This document shows positions 1-11,296 of a DNA stretch of 64,000 nt, one piece after another. The position numbers were made by a program, and so were the translations under genes. The number at the start of each line of letters is the position of its first letter. Within the stretch, counting starts at the first letter, position 1. A model generated the notes under the pieces. The model saw only the letters and a list, made by a program, of their open reading frames with translations, was not told the DNA's origin and made no database searches. The stretch is taken from positions 34,746,221-34,810,220 of the forward strand of contig NC_068998.1 in the NCBI RefSeq assembly GCF_001194135.2. The letters run 5' to 3'. The stretch is from Octopus bimaculoides. Its lineage: Eukaryota.

Positions 1-56
1 TTTTTTTGTTTTTTTAAATGATTGCTATTATATATTATAATAGCATTAATGCGTGT

Positions 57-97
<41 letters not shown>

Positions 98-834
98 AGT
101 TTATGTGTGCATGTGTGTGTGTCTGTGCATGTGTGCCTATATGTGTATCCATATGTATGTGAGAGCATGTGTGTGTATTTGTATGTGTATGTCCATTAGA
201 TTCTGAATCAAGGCAACTGGTGAAAGAGAAGAAACGAAAAGCAACAAGTGTGTGAGAGAAAGAAGGACAACATGAGAAAGGAAGATAACCAATGAGCATA
301 AGCGGATGTGCAAAAGAGTAATAGATGAGGGTGGCAGCTGATGAGAAAGAGAAAAAAAGAAACTGATTAAGAGAAAGACGAAGATAGAGAAAAAAGAAGA
401 GAAGGAGAGAGAGGAAGAGCAAGGAAGGCATTTGTCATACAGCAATTAGTATGTTGGCTTTTCTTCGTTACAGACAAAACTGGCATTGAAATAAATCAAA
501 TGCCATGGAATAATTTCAAACTATATTGAAAATTTATATTAGAATAATATGATAGTAAAAAATATTATTCCTGGGTTATACTTGTTTGAAGATGGATTTA
601 ACATGTGAATAGTGTCAGGACTAAAATAACAGCATTTGAGTGTTTGGCACGAAATAACATTACTTAGAACAAGTTAAGGGTTGGTGTTAAGAAGGACATC
701 CAATTGTAGCATACTGACTTAAGAGGTTTCATCTAATCAATGCCAATATGGAAAAAGCAGACATGAAATTTAAAATAATAATAATAATAATAATAATAAT
801 AGTAATAATAATAATTATTATTATTATTATGTTA

Positions 835-1186
835 CAGTTGTTGTTTTTCTTCTTTCTTCAAATTTTCTTCCATTTCTCGCCAAGTGTTTTCTGTACACCT
901 AGGGCAGAGAAGCTCATTGTATGCATTCCCAGTCTACACACAAATTCACAGGTAAAATATGTATTTAAAAAAAAAAAATTAATAAATAAATAAATTCATG
1001 AATGAATGTTGTTTTCACAGCAATAATGCTCTTCTCAGTAAATGAGTCATTCCAGTTAACACGATTTTTTACACTTCCTGAAGAGATGGTAAGCCTGGTA
1101 TCATTTTCAAATAGGTTTCAGTACCTTTTTTTTATCATTCCTAGAGTTCCTACAATCACTGGTATGGTAGTTGCCTTATTATTAAT
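835..1186 (-). mobile_element. 3' end of R4/Dong-like (restriction-like endonuclease) non-LTR retrotransposon, 5'-truncated, flanked by (AAT)n
   Basis: Minus strand reads KATTIPVIVGTLGMIKK, then after a frameshift TETYLKMIPGLPSLQEV*KIVLTGMTHLLRRALL. This is the PVIVGxLG C-terminus typical of R4/Dong ORFs and is homologous to 37836-38140. AAT/TTA tracts lie at about 775-830 and 1187-1261. Confidence 0.8.
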
Positions 1187-1208
1187 GTTATTATTATTAT
1201 TATTATTA

Positions 1209-1246
<38 letters not shown>

Positions 1247-1261
1247 GTTATTATTATTATA

Positions 1262-1445
1262 ATGACTTTGAATTTTGGCACAAGACCAACAATTTGTGGG
1301 GAAGAGATAAGTCAATTATATCGACTCCAAAATGATGAAAGGTAAAGTCAACTCTAGCAGCATTTGAACTCAGAATGTAAAGTCAGAAAAAATGCTCCTA
1401 AACATTTTCCCAGCTTGGAAATGATTGCAAGCTCGCTGCCTTAAT
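1262..1445 (-). mobile_element. SINE family A copy (tRNA-like head), internally deleted
   Basis: Reverse complement starts AAGGCAGCGAGC and contains a GAGTTCAAATG box-B-like motif. Shares blocks such as GAAAGG(T/C)AAAGTCAAC and ATTTGAAC with copies at about 7862-8225, 13862-14062 and 28090-28275. Confidence 0.7.
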
Positions 1446-1499
1446 AACAATAATGATAATAATAACAGTCGATAGATATGACAGGTTAGCTTGGGAGGT

Positions 1500-1832
1500 T
1501 AAGCAGTTGTGGTCACTGAAAAAAGGTGGTAGTAGTACCAATAATTGTCAGAGTACTGGGAACAGTGAGTAAAAATCTTGAGAAGTACATGGAACAAATA
1601 GGGGCTGCAATAAGGGTGGAGCACTTGTAGAAAACAACACTGCTTGGAACAGCTCAAATATTTGGGATAGTGCTCAAAAATAAGNNNNNNNNNNTTGGAA
1701 CAGCTCAAATATTTGGGATAGTGCTCAAAAATAAGGGATGTTACCTCAGTTCACTGGTAGTGAACAGCTGACACCGTAGTACATCTCCAGCGTTAGAAGC
1801 TGTGCAAAGACAATAAAATAATAAAGATAATA
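1500..1832 (+). mobile_element. 3' end of a second R4/Dong-like non-LTR family
   Basis: Reads WSLKKVVVVPIIVRVLGTVSKNLEKYMEQIGAAIRVEHL*KTTLLGTAQIFGIVLK, followed by a 3' UTR and AAT-rich tail. The same 3' UTR recurs at 39571-39655. Confidence 0.8.
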
Positions 1833-1995
1833 ATGACTACAATGACAATGTTTCCACTACTTTTTACTGTGTTTTTTATTTACATTCATCTTCTCTACAT
1901 CTCACATTTTGTCAATGTCTTTCTCATCTTCAAAGCTTTACAGTCACACCATTCTACAATTCTTGGAGGAATTATTAACAAATTTTTATCATTAT

Positions 1996-2370
1996 GGTGC
2001 AGGCATGACTCTGTGGTCAAGAAGCTTGTTTCATAACCACATGGTTTCAGGTTCAGTCCCACAACATAGCATACTGGGTAAATTTCTTCTGGTATAGAAT
2101 GCCTTGTGAGTGAATTTAGTAGAAGGAAACTGTGTGGAAGCTTATCATATATATTCATGTGCGTATGTATGTTCGTCCCCATCACTACATGACACCCAGT
2201 GTTTGTTTATTCATACAACTTAGTGGTTCAGCAAAAGAGACTGATAGAGTAAGTACCAAATTTTGAAAAAATAAGTACTAGTGCCAATTTATGTGAGTAA
2301 AACCCTTCAGAGCTGAGCCCCAACATGGCCAAAGAGCTATGACTGAAACAAATAGAAGATAAAAGAATTA
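1996..2370 (+). mobile_element. SINE family B copy (tRNA-like head, internal CA/TA microsatellite)
   Basis: Head GTGGTCAAGAAGCTTG...GGTTCAGTCCCAC. Homologous blocks occur at 6319-6530, 22500-22900, 26225-26420 and 30045-30240. Confidence 0.7.
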
Positions 2371-4103
2371 ATATATTATTTTCATATTTCTATTTTATCA
2401 TTATCAACATCATTTTTATGTCCACTTTTCCATGCTGGCATGGGTTTGATGAAATGTTTTGCAACAGTGTTTTATAAATAAATACCCTTCCTTACATGAT
2501 CCTTTCAGTTGACTCACAGAATAGGCTCTAAAAACTGGGATAACACAAGTTGAAAAATTCATACACAAGTTTTTGTTTTTTATCTTTAGGGTGTCCATTG
2601 TTTTAGTTATTGTGGTAGTGATGGTGATTATGATGTTTTGTTAGGTGTTGATCAAATTGTAGAATATACTTTTTCTTATTATTACATCATACTTTCAGTT
2701 CTTAATCTCCCTCTCTCATACTCTTTCATACTTTCAAATCATATTATGCTACCTTATCCCTTTATCAGTGTTAGATATGGTGTATTTTTTTCTTTAGGAA
2801 CTAGTATTGTAGAAATTGAGTGGGTGGGTTTTCTCATCTAACAATTTGACTTTATGTTTTCGATATTATTTTATTCTATAATTTTTATTTGTAATGTTAT
2901 TTCTTTAGTTACCTTGGTGTCTGTGTAGCCCTCTCACTATCACCATTTCTTATTTTGTGGTTTGTTATTGATTGTAGTAGATACTGTCCTTATTTAGGAC
3001 TATCATGCTATATAAAACATATCTTAATTGAGTAATATATGTTATTTTTATATTCATAACAATATAATTGTATTTATAATAGCTTCACGATATACTTTGA
3101 TAGAATCACAGCTCCAATGAATATAGATACTCCAGGCTATAGACATATTATAAATAAGTTTTTTTATTATTCATTTATTTATTTTATCTTAAACTGTCTT
3201 TCTATATTGTTGTGTTTAATAGTTAGAAAGTTTAAAACTATAATACTAGTAGTTTTCCAGGTACCTAACATGGTAGCCCAGTTGCTGTGGGCTTATGATT
3301 TTGGCTTATGATTTATTCATAACTCATTTTAGTTCTTTTATTCCATTTTGTTACTTGTTAGCACAGCATGTACACTGCATAAACATATACATGCCCATAA
3401 CCCATATATGACTTATAAGTATTTACAACAGATTCCTAAAATATTAGCTGACACCTACATTTCACTCTAGCCTGGGTCTATTACAGATGTTGCATGCACG
3501 CAACTATGATGCAAAGTAAGACTTTATAGTAATATACTGCACGCCAAATTTATAGTGTGATTGAAAAATTAGTTGGAGGCACCAGTACTGTACCACTCAA
3601 ACTTAATGGTCAATGTCAAATTTTTACGTCTCATCATACTAACCAAATCATTGACTTGTCACAGAATTTGATCCTTTGTGAGAGTTAATATATCCTTACT
3701 ATAGTTATTAATCAATATATCCTATCTGTCCTGCACATGAATGAATAAAATTGTTTCGCTTTAACGTTGTTGTTTAAATGTTCAAATCCCACTGAATCCT
3801 GAATCTCCAACTTGAAGCAAAGGTGAAATGTTTGAACTTTTCATATATATATATTCAGAGCCGTTTGTTTCTCTTATAAAATTTTTACATGATTCTTATG
3901 TAATATGCAATGTTTTTCTTCTGGCAGCCAGTGTGTGGGTTATTACACAAAACTTACAATCCATTCTACATAAATTTTTACAAAAAAAAAATAATAAATT
4001 TGATGGATCTACCTGTTTTATTCATGAATTTAATATTGCAAGTTTTCCATAAGATTTTCCTATATTAAGTTTTCCATAAGATTTTTCTCCCTCTTCCTCA
4101 CCT

Positions 4104-4187
<84 letters not shown>

Positions 4188-5438
4188 AGTATGTATATGC
4201 ATAGATAGATAGATAGATACACACACATATTTATGTATATATATATATATATATATTCACATACACATGTAAACATATATATAATATTCATATCTATATA
4301 TATCAAATGTGTGTGTGTGTGTGTGTGTGTACATATGTATGTATATACATACAATATTGCACTATTGAATGTAGCATCAACATGGATGCTATCAAACTCT
4401 GCTTTTGTAAATATTTACTGAACTTACTTTCTTAATTTTCATCTCAAACTACAATATTCTAAACCTGTTACAATATAAAGGGCATTCTTTACTTGCAGCA
4501 TTCTTTAATATGTTTTCTGTAGGACTTTTGTCACCAGAGAATCACAGAGTCTTTAGTAAGAATAATTTTCCTCCAAAATTTGCTGATTTTTGTTTTATAT
4601 GTCCTTTTAGTTTTGCGTCTTATATCAACTTAGAAATTTTTCAAATAACTAGAAACAAACTACTTTCCAAACAACTAACTATGTCTTCAAGAACTGTTGG
4701 TGAAATCAATTTGTCTTTTATTCCTTTTCTTTTCATCTGCCCATATATCTTAGTGTCTCTATTATGGTGTTATGGTGTTGCAGTTCTATACACTTACGTC
4801 CGGCATCATTTCCCAACAGACTTTCTTCAAAAAATAAATATTTCTTCATTCTTTTAAGGCATCCAGTCTATTGCTCAAGCAGAACGTTTCTTGGTTTGTT
4901 ACACCAGTAAAAGTCCAAATCAGTCTATTGCCAGACTTACAGCAATATTTCTTTTTCATTGTATCTGTTTTATTCTCTCTATCATATTAGTATACACTCC
5001 AGTTTCTACTATCTGTTCTGTTATATTTATTGAAACATAACACAGTCTCATTGTACTGTATTAATGTATAATAAGAACTGGACAGTATATACAGGGTAAA
5101 ATATGATACATGTTTGCTGGTAGTTGAACTACTTGCAGGAGATATATAGCAAGCATGATTGAAGATATGATAGATGAGGTAATGCAGGTTCCATACTCAT
5201 CTTCTACATTATCCCCCCTCTTTTATCCTTTCTCTTTTCTATCTTTTTTCACTTCCTTTCTCTCTCACAAATCACATTTACATATCCTGTTTCTTCTCTT
5301 CATCATCTCTCCACTTTCATTCCTTTTTCCTGTATTTAGATAATCTATAAGTTGATTATATGTTTTAGGTATGTCACTGAAACCTAATTCCTACAGGCAG
5401 ACAGCATCTTGATGCATATAATCCTCACCACTATATAC

Positions 5439-5471
<33 letters not shown>

Positions 5472-5708
5472 TGTATGTATGTATGTGTGTGTGTGTGTTT
5501 GTGTGAGTGAGTGTGTGCATGTGTATATGTATGCATATGTATAAGAATGTTATCATTCTCAAGTTTGCTCCACTGTGGATCATGGTTAACAACAGAAATA
5601 CCTACCTGAAACTATCATATGAATTTAAGTATATACATTACCTACAAACACATACGCTGATGTGTGTGTGTGTGCATATGTGCACGTGTGTGTGTGCAAG
5701 CGAGTATA

Positions 5709-5750
<42 letters not shown>

Positions 5751-6318
5751 NNNNNNNNNNNNNNNNNNNNNNNNNNNNNNNNNNNNNNNNNNNNNNNNNN
5801 NNNNNNNNNNNNNNNNNNNNNNNNNNNNNNNNNNNNNNNNNNNNNNNNNNNNNNNNNNNNNNNNNNNNNNNNNNNNNNNNNNNNNNNNNNNNNNNNNNNN
5901 NNNNNNNNNNNNNNNNNNNNNNNNNNNNNNNNNNNNNNNNNNNNNNNNNNNNNNNNNNNNNNNNNNNNNNNNNNNNNNNNNNNNNNNNNNNNNNNNNNNN
6001 NNNNNNNNNNNNNNNNNNNNNNNNNNNNNNNNNNNNNNNNNNNNNNNNNNNNNNNNNNNNNNNNNNNNNNNNNNNNNNNNNNNNNNNNNNNNNNNNNNNN
6101 NNNNNNNNNNNNNNNNNNNNNNNNNNNNNNNNNNNNNNNNNNNNNNNNNNNNNNNNNNNNNNNNNNNNNNNNNNNNNNNNNNNNNNNNNNNNNNNNNNNN
6201 NNNNNNNNNNNNNNNNNNNNNNNNNNNNNNNNNNNNNNNNNNNNNNNNNNNNNNNNNNNNNNNNNNNNNNNNNNNNNNNNNNNNNNNNNNNTATATATAT
6301 ATATATATGTATATAGGT

Positions 6319-6530
6319 ACTGGTGTGGTTGTACAATGAAAAGTCTGCTTCCAAATCTCATAGTTTTGGGCTCAGTCCCACTGTGGGGCACTTTGGGCAA
6401 ATGTCTTCTTCTATAGCTCCCGGCTGACCAAAGCTTTGTAAATGTATTTGGAAGATACAAACTGAAAGAAGCCCATCCTATGTGTGTGTGCATGTGTGTG
6501 GGTGTCTGTGTGTGCGTGCATGCTTGTGTA
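6319..6530 (+). mobile_element. SINE family B copy (5' half)
   Basis: GGCTCAGTCCCACTGTGGGGCACTTTGGGCAAATGTCTTCTTCTATAG...AACTGAAAGAAGCCC, shared with the other family B copies. Confidence 0.7.
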
Positions 6531-6844
6531 CACATACAATGAATTTTATTTAGAAATTACAAGCATAGAACCCATAAAATCACGTAGTTATTTGTTGTCC
6601 TACAGGAAAGTTTGCTATTTTGATAAATAACTCTCTCTTTCTTGTTCTCTCTCACTCTTTCTGTCCCTCTCTGTCTCTCTCTCACTCTCTCTCTCTATCT
6701 ATCTTTCTTTTTATCTATATGTGTGTCTATCTATCTGGAAGAGTGGAATAGCATAAGATAGAGAATGAGATACTCACATGAGGAGTGGGATATAGCGAGA
6801 GAAAGGGAGAAGGGAAGTGATGATTATGATGGAGGTCATTTGAT

Positions 6845-7216
6845 AACACACTCAAGCAGATTTTTGTTTCAACGGGGAGATTTTTCCCTCTTTCTCAAAG
6901 GCTGTCATTACTTTCGAGACAGTACTTCTTGATACACCGAACATTTCAGCTGTTTTCATTATGCTAGTGCCTGCGATACGGGCACCAACAATTTGATCTC
7001 TTTGAAAGTCTGATAGATCTGTCATTTTAATGAATTTTAATTACCTTTTACTGATGATATCTGAAAAGAAACGGCAATTTTAGCAAAACATATTAAGCAA
7101 CACTAATAATAAATAAATATAAAACATAAAAATAAACAAGCTTTTGGTGGTTTTACAGATATTTCAAAATTATGATGCTGTGATGCTAGGTGTTTCCATT
7201 ATTTTGTCCAACCCCT
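6845..7216 (-). mobile_element. Tc1-family transposon, 5' fragment with TIR and transposase N-terminus
   Basis: Minus strand has a TIR AGGGGTTGGACAAAATAATGGAAACACC next to a TA tract. ATG at 7025 gives MTDLSDFQRDQIVGARIAGTSIMKTAEMFGVSRSTVSKVMTAFEKEGK, a paired-like HTH of Tc1 transposases. Confidence 0.85.
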
Positions 7217-7337
7217 ATATATATCATCAAATTGAATAATCGAACATTAAAAACAACAATAACAAAGCAACAAGAGGATGTGTACATGGAATGTATTAGT
7301 TTGACAGTCAGTAAAAGTGAAAAAAAGAGAGAAGTTT

Positions 7338-7370
7338 TTTGACGTTCTGAGCATTGCTCTTCATCAGAAA
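7338..7370 (-). ncRNA. Degenerate minimal type I hammerhead-ribozyme motif in a Penelope-like terminal repeat
   Basis: Minus strand: TTT-CTGATGA-A-GAGC-AAT-GCTC-AGAA-CG-TC-AAA. CUGAUGA, stem II and stem I are present, but GAAA is altered to AGAA. Confidence 0.55.
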
Positions 7371-7522
7371 GGAAAATGGAAAAGTCCAGAGAAGGAAAAA
7401 TATCACCAACAGCACATGTGTGGTTACAAATGCTTTGTCACAACACCAAATACTGCATTATCAGCCTTGAAAGATCCTCACTTATAGGTGCTTAGTGCAT
7501 AAAAATACACACATAGATCGTA

Positions 7523-7806
7523 GCAGATGAGAATTGTCTGTCATGGGTGCCAGAATTTTAATATTGTATGATTTTGGTCTCATACCTTTTGGAATTAATA
7601 CTGTTTCTCACAATAATAATTAATTTTTAATAAACCTGCTGTCTATTTGCAATGTCAGTGTCTGAAAAGATACTAGTATTCTATACACTGTGGCAGCGAG
7701 ATTTGACTGGCTTGTGGTAATTGGTGCTTCCCACTAATGAAGTCCAGTAGACCAAAATCATGTGATATGGAAATTCTGGTGCCCATGACAGACAATTCTC
7801 ATCTCT
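7523..7806. mobile_element. MITE with about 55-bp terminal inverted repeats and candidate TA target duplication
   Basis: AGATGAGAATTGTCTGTCATGGGTGCCAGAATT...ATGATTTTGGTCT (7525-7580) is the near-perfect reverse complement of 7749-7804. TA lies at 7521-22 and 7807-08. Confidence 0.75.
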
Positions 7807-7861
7807 TAGAGTCTGTGTATGTACTTTTATACACCAAGCACATATAAGAGAAGATCTCAAG

Positions 7862-8225
7862 GCTAATAATCTTTTCTACTCTAGGTACATGGCCTGAAAT
7901 TTTGAGGGAGGGGGCCAGTCGATTAGATCGACCCCAGTACACAACTGGTATTTAATTTATTGACCTTGAAAGGATGAAAGGCAAAGTCAACCTCGGCAGA
8001 ATTTGAACTTGGAATATAAGACAGATGAAATACTGCTAAGCATTTCGCCTGGTGTGCTAACATTTCTTATTTCTTTACTGCCCACAAAGAGTTAAACACA
8101 GAGGGGACAAAAAAGGACAGACAAAGTGGTTAAGTCAATTACATCGACACCAGTGTATAACTGGTACTTAATTTATCGACCCCTGGTGTGCTAACATTTC
8201 TGCCAGCTTGCTGCCTTTCTCAAGG
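7862..8225 (-). mobile_element. SINE family A copy with partial internal duplication
   Basis: Near full-length family A sequence. The blocks CTGGTACTTAATTTATCGACCC and CTGGTGTGCTAACATTTC each occur twice. Confidence 0.7.
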
Positions 8226-8333
8226 CTAATAATGCAATATTCAGTGTTCTAACGAGGCAGTGCTTGTTAAATTGGATATAATGATTACCTGTAGGTATTA
8301 ATACTGTTTCTATCACTCATAATTTATTTATAT

Positions 8334-8660
8334 ACTAGCTGAAGTACCCGGTAATACCCGGTAATACCCGGAAAAGCAGGGGTTATTTCCAGTTCCCATT
8401 TCCATTGCACTGTTTCATGTCCTATCCCATTCTCTGTTCAGTTTCCATTTTTGCAACCTTCTCATTTTATAATATAATTCACCCAACTCCTTGGTGGGTG
8501 GGGAGCACATTATAGATTTTTATTGAAATCCAGTTAGCCTTTTATTGAACTGGATGTTAGTGTCACATGTATGTGAAGTTTCGCAAATATTGGTTTGGTG
8601 GTTTAGGCACTATGTTGGTGACAGACAGACAGACAGAAATTTCCATTTATAGGTATAGAT
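8334..8660 (+). mobile_element. Non-autonomous Helitron-type short element (Lep1/DINE-1-like architecture)
   Basis: Starts ACTAGCTGAAGTACCCG, has an internal (GACA)n near the 3' end and finishes TTTCCATTTATAGGTATAGAT, in a TA-rich site. Related 5' ends lie at about 36813 and 57026. Confidence 0.6.
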
Positions 8661-8693
8661 ATATATGATACAGACAGACATTATTTAAATGTA

Positions 8694-9541
8694 CAAGATT
8701 TGATCAATAAGTATCCGGACTGTTGCCAAAGTAACAAAGCTAGAGCACACAGATTGAAGCTTGGCAAAGATTGACCTTGAACTCTGTTGTACTAAGTTTT
8801 AATGTTCTAGCTCACTTCTGCTGTTTACAGCAGAGCTTGTGTAGCATGTGATCATCGCATTGACCATGACAGAGAAAGTTGTCATGGTGATACCTGCTCA
8901 GAGGCCTACACAAAGTTGCAGAATGTGTATGGATAGGAGTGTATGAGCTGCACTCAAGTGTACGAGTGGTTCAGACATTTCCAAGAGGGCCGACAAAAAT
9001 GTCGCTATTGATGAATGTTCTGGGAGGCCCACAACTGGCAAAACTGAGTAAAACATCGCAGTTGTATAAATCATCAAATCACCATCTGTGAGTTATCAGA
9101 AGATGTGCTGGTTAGTTATGGTTCAGTTCAGTTGATAATCACTGAAGATTTGGGTATGCGATGCATGTCTGCCAAATTTTTGTCAACACTGCTTTCAGTG
9201 GACCAAACAGACACTCAGGTTTCAGTTGCATAACATCACCTTTATTGTGTGGAGAATGATGGACACTTTATGAAAATTTTGTACAGGCCTTTAAGCAGCT
9301 ATCACCCAGCTTTTGGCAAAATTTGATGCAGATTTTCTGCTCAACTTTCTCTGTCATAGTCAATGCGATGATCACAAGCATTTCCAAACACTGCTGTAAA
9401 AAGCAGAAGTGAGCTAGAACATTAAAAATTATTGCACATATGCAACAGAGTTCAAGGTCAATCTGTGCCAAGCAGCTTCACTCTGCATACGTTAGCTTCG
9501 TTACTATGGCAACAGTCTGGGTACTTATTGATCAGACCATG
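8694..9541. mobile_element. Mariner-derived fold-back element made of two inverted 5' ends, TA flanks
   Basis: Left TIR CAAGATTTGATCAATAAGTATCCGGACTGTTGCC matches the reverse complement of the right end; TA at 8692-93 and 9542-43. The left part encodes a decayed mariner N-terminus. The right arm encodes MTEKVEQKICIKFCQKLGD on the minus strand. Confidence 0.85.
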
Positions 9542-10483
9542 TATATACCTCAAGTGTGTGAGTGTGTTAGCCAATGTGAAAAACTTCTTTGTGATGACCC
9601 TGCTTATGAGATATAGCAAGCAAATCATTCTCAAATTACTTCCTACTGATGTATCCATACGTGTACAGAAATGTATGCAGAAAAGAACCTATGTATGTAT
9701 GTATACATGTATGTATGTGTGCATGCATGTGTGTGTGTGTGTGTGTGTGTGCACGCAGTATGGCAAAATGCTTAAGATGCATGATTTGCAATCATGAGGT
9801 TTCAGTTATAATCCCAATGTATAGCATCCTGAGTAAACAAACTTTCCCTCAACTTGGTTTGGCATATACCTTGTGAGTGGAACTGGGTAAACAAAAACCG
9901 TATAGAACCTTATCAGATGCGGTTTAGAAGTAATTTAAAGATACTGCCTTGTCACAAACTTTCATGCTGATTCTGCCTGTAAATTAGGATACACATGTCT
10001 GTGGCCTACTCAGTTACTTTACATACTTGAGTCAATGAGCAGCTAATCCACTTGATTGAACAACTGAAAACTGATGTAGATCTGTCTATTTATGTATGAA
10101 CACAAACAGAGCCTCTACATGAGCTTAATCTTCCTCTCACAAACTATTCCTTTATATGTGTAATATACAAGCCAATGCAGTCTAGTCTCTGATATCTAAA
10201 CAAAATCGGATGGCTATAATTAAAAGGCCTTTAAAATTCAGTTTGTTAATTTAAGACCAACTTGGAACTCATTTAAAACAGAGAGACATCAGCATTGCAG
10301 GTGCTTCTAACCAAAATAGCAGCCAATTCTCCCTCAAACTACATCATACCGCTGCATGTTACTATGCTCCAATGTTCCAATAGCTTGGCATCGCTTGATA
10401 CCTCTGTTGGTATACACACACACATGCACACATAAATTCTCACCCCCACCCCACACACACACATGCACGCATGCACACACACG

Positions 10484-10520
<37 letters not shown>

Positions 10521-11167
10521 GTAAGTGTTTTCATGTTTGCATGCATGCTTGTATGTATGTATGTGCATATGTATGTAAGAATGTATGTATGTATGCATAT
10601 ATATATGTATATATGTATGTATTTGACCATTGATTCTGCTGAGGTCACTGGCCCTTTGACAGGTTTTGTGTTTCATCCTTCAATTGTCCAATGAAAACTA
10701 CCCTCCTCATCACACAGATTAGTTACTAATAGCTCAACTATGGGACAGGTTATACTGGTTGCGTATTACCAGCAGCACTAAGATTAATCTGATGTAGACT
10801 AGTTCTTCCCTTTAGACAAATGCATTCATTGTTTAGAGAGAGACTGGCCTTGCACAAGGCTTTTTCTCACTTTAAAATGGCATCACTTGAGTTGTTAACA
10901 TCTGTATAATGTGTAGCATACAATGATTTGTTTGTTTTTCCAAATGGCAAAAACTCTCAATGAAAAATTCCATGGAAACTAGTATTAGTGAGGGCAATAA
11001 CCTCTCTGAATACCAGCTGTAAGGCGTTCCTATGATTGTCACATTTGTGCAAAAGAATGTAGTTCTGTAGCAGAAATGGGAAGCTATATCTATGCTGCTT
11101 TAAGAGAGCAATCAAGTAACGTTATTACTTGAAATCGAGTTACAACTATCATGTATGTGTATGTATG

Positions 11168-11237
<70 letters not shown>

Positions 11238-11254
11238 CACATATGTCTGTGTAT

Positions 11255-11296
<42 letters not shown>

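Noticed and set aside
903-1088. Two apparent plus-strand exons (903-951 and 1021-1088) with good splice sites and an open joined frame
   Set aside because: The region is the antisense of an R4/Dong-like C-terminus and 3' UTR, so the splice-like signals are probably coincidental.
1644-1735. Exact 41-bp direct repeat either side of a 10-N gap
   Set aside because: Typical contig-overlap assembly artefact, not a biological duplication.
4500-5200. Coding-looking decayed sequence and isolated splice-like sites (GTAAGT at 4797 and 4940 minus; RYIASMIEDMIDE plus)
   Set aside because: Multiple stops and no diagnostic motif; cannot distinguish an old LINE from exons by eye.
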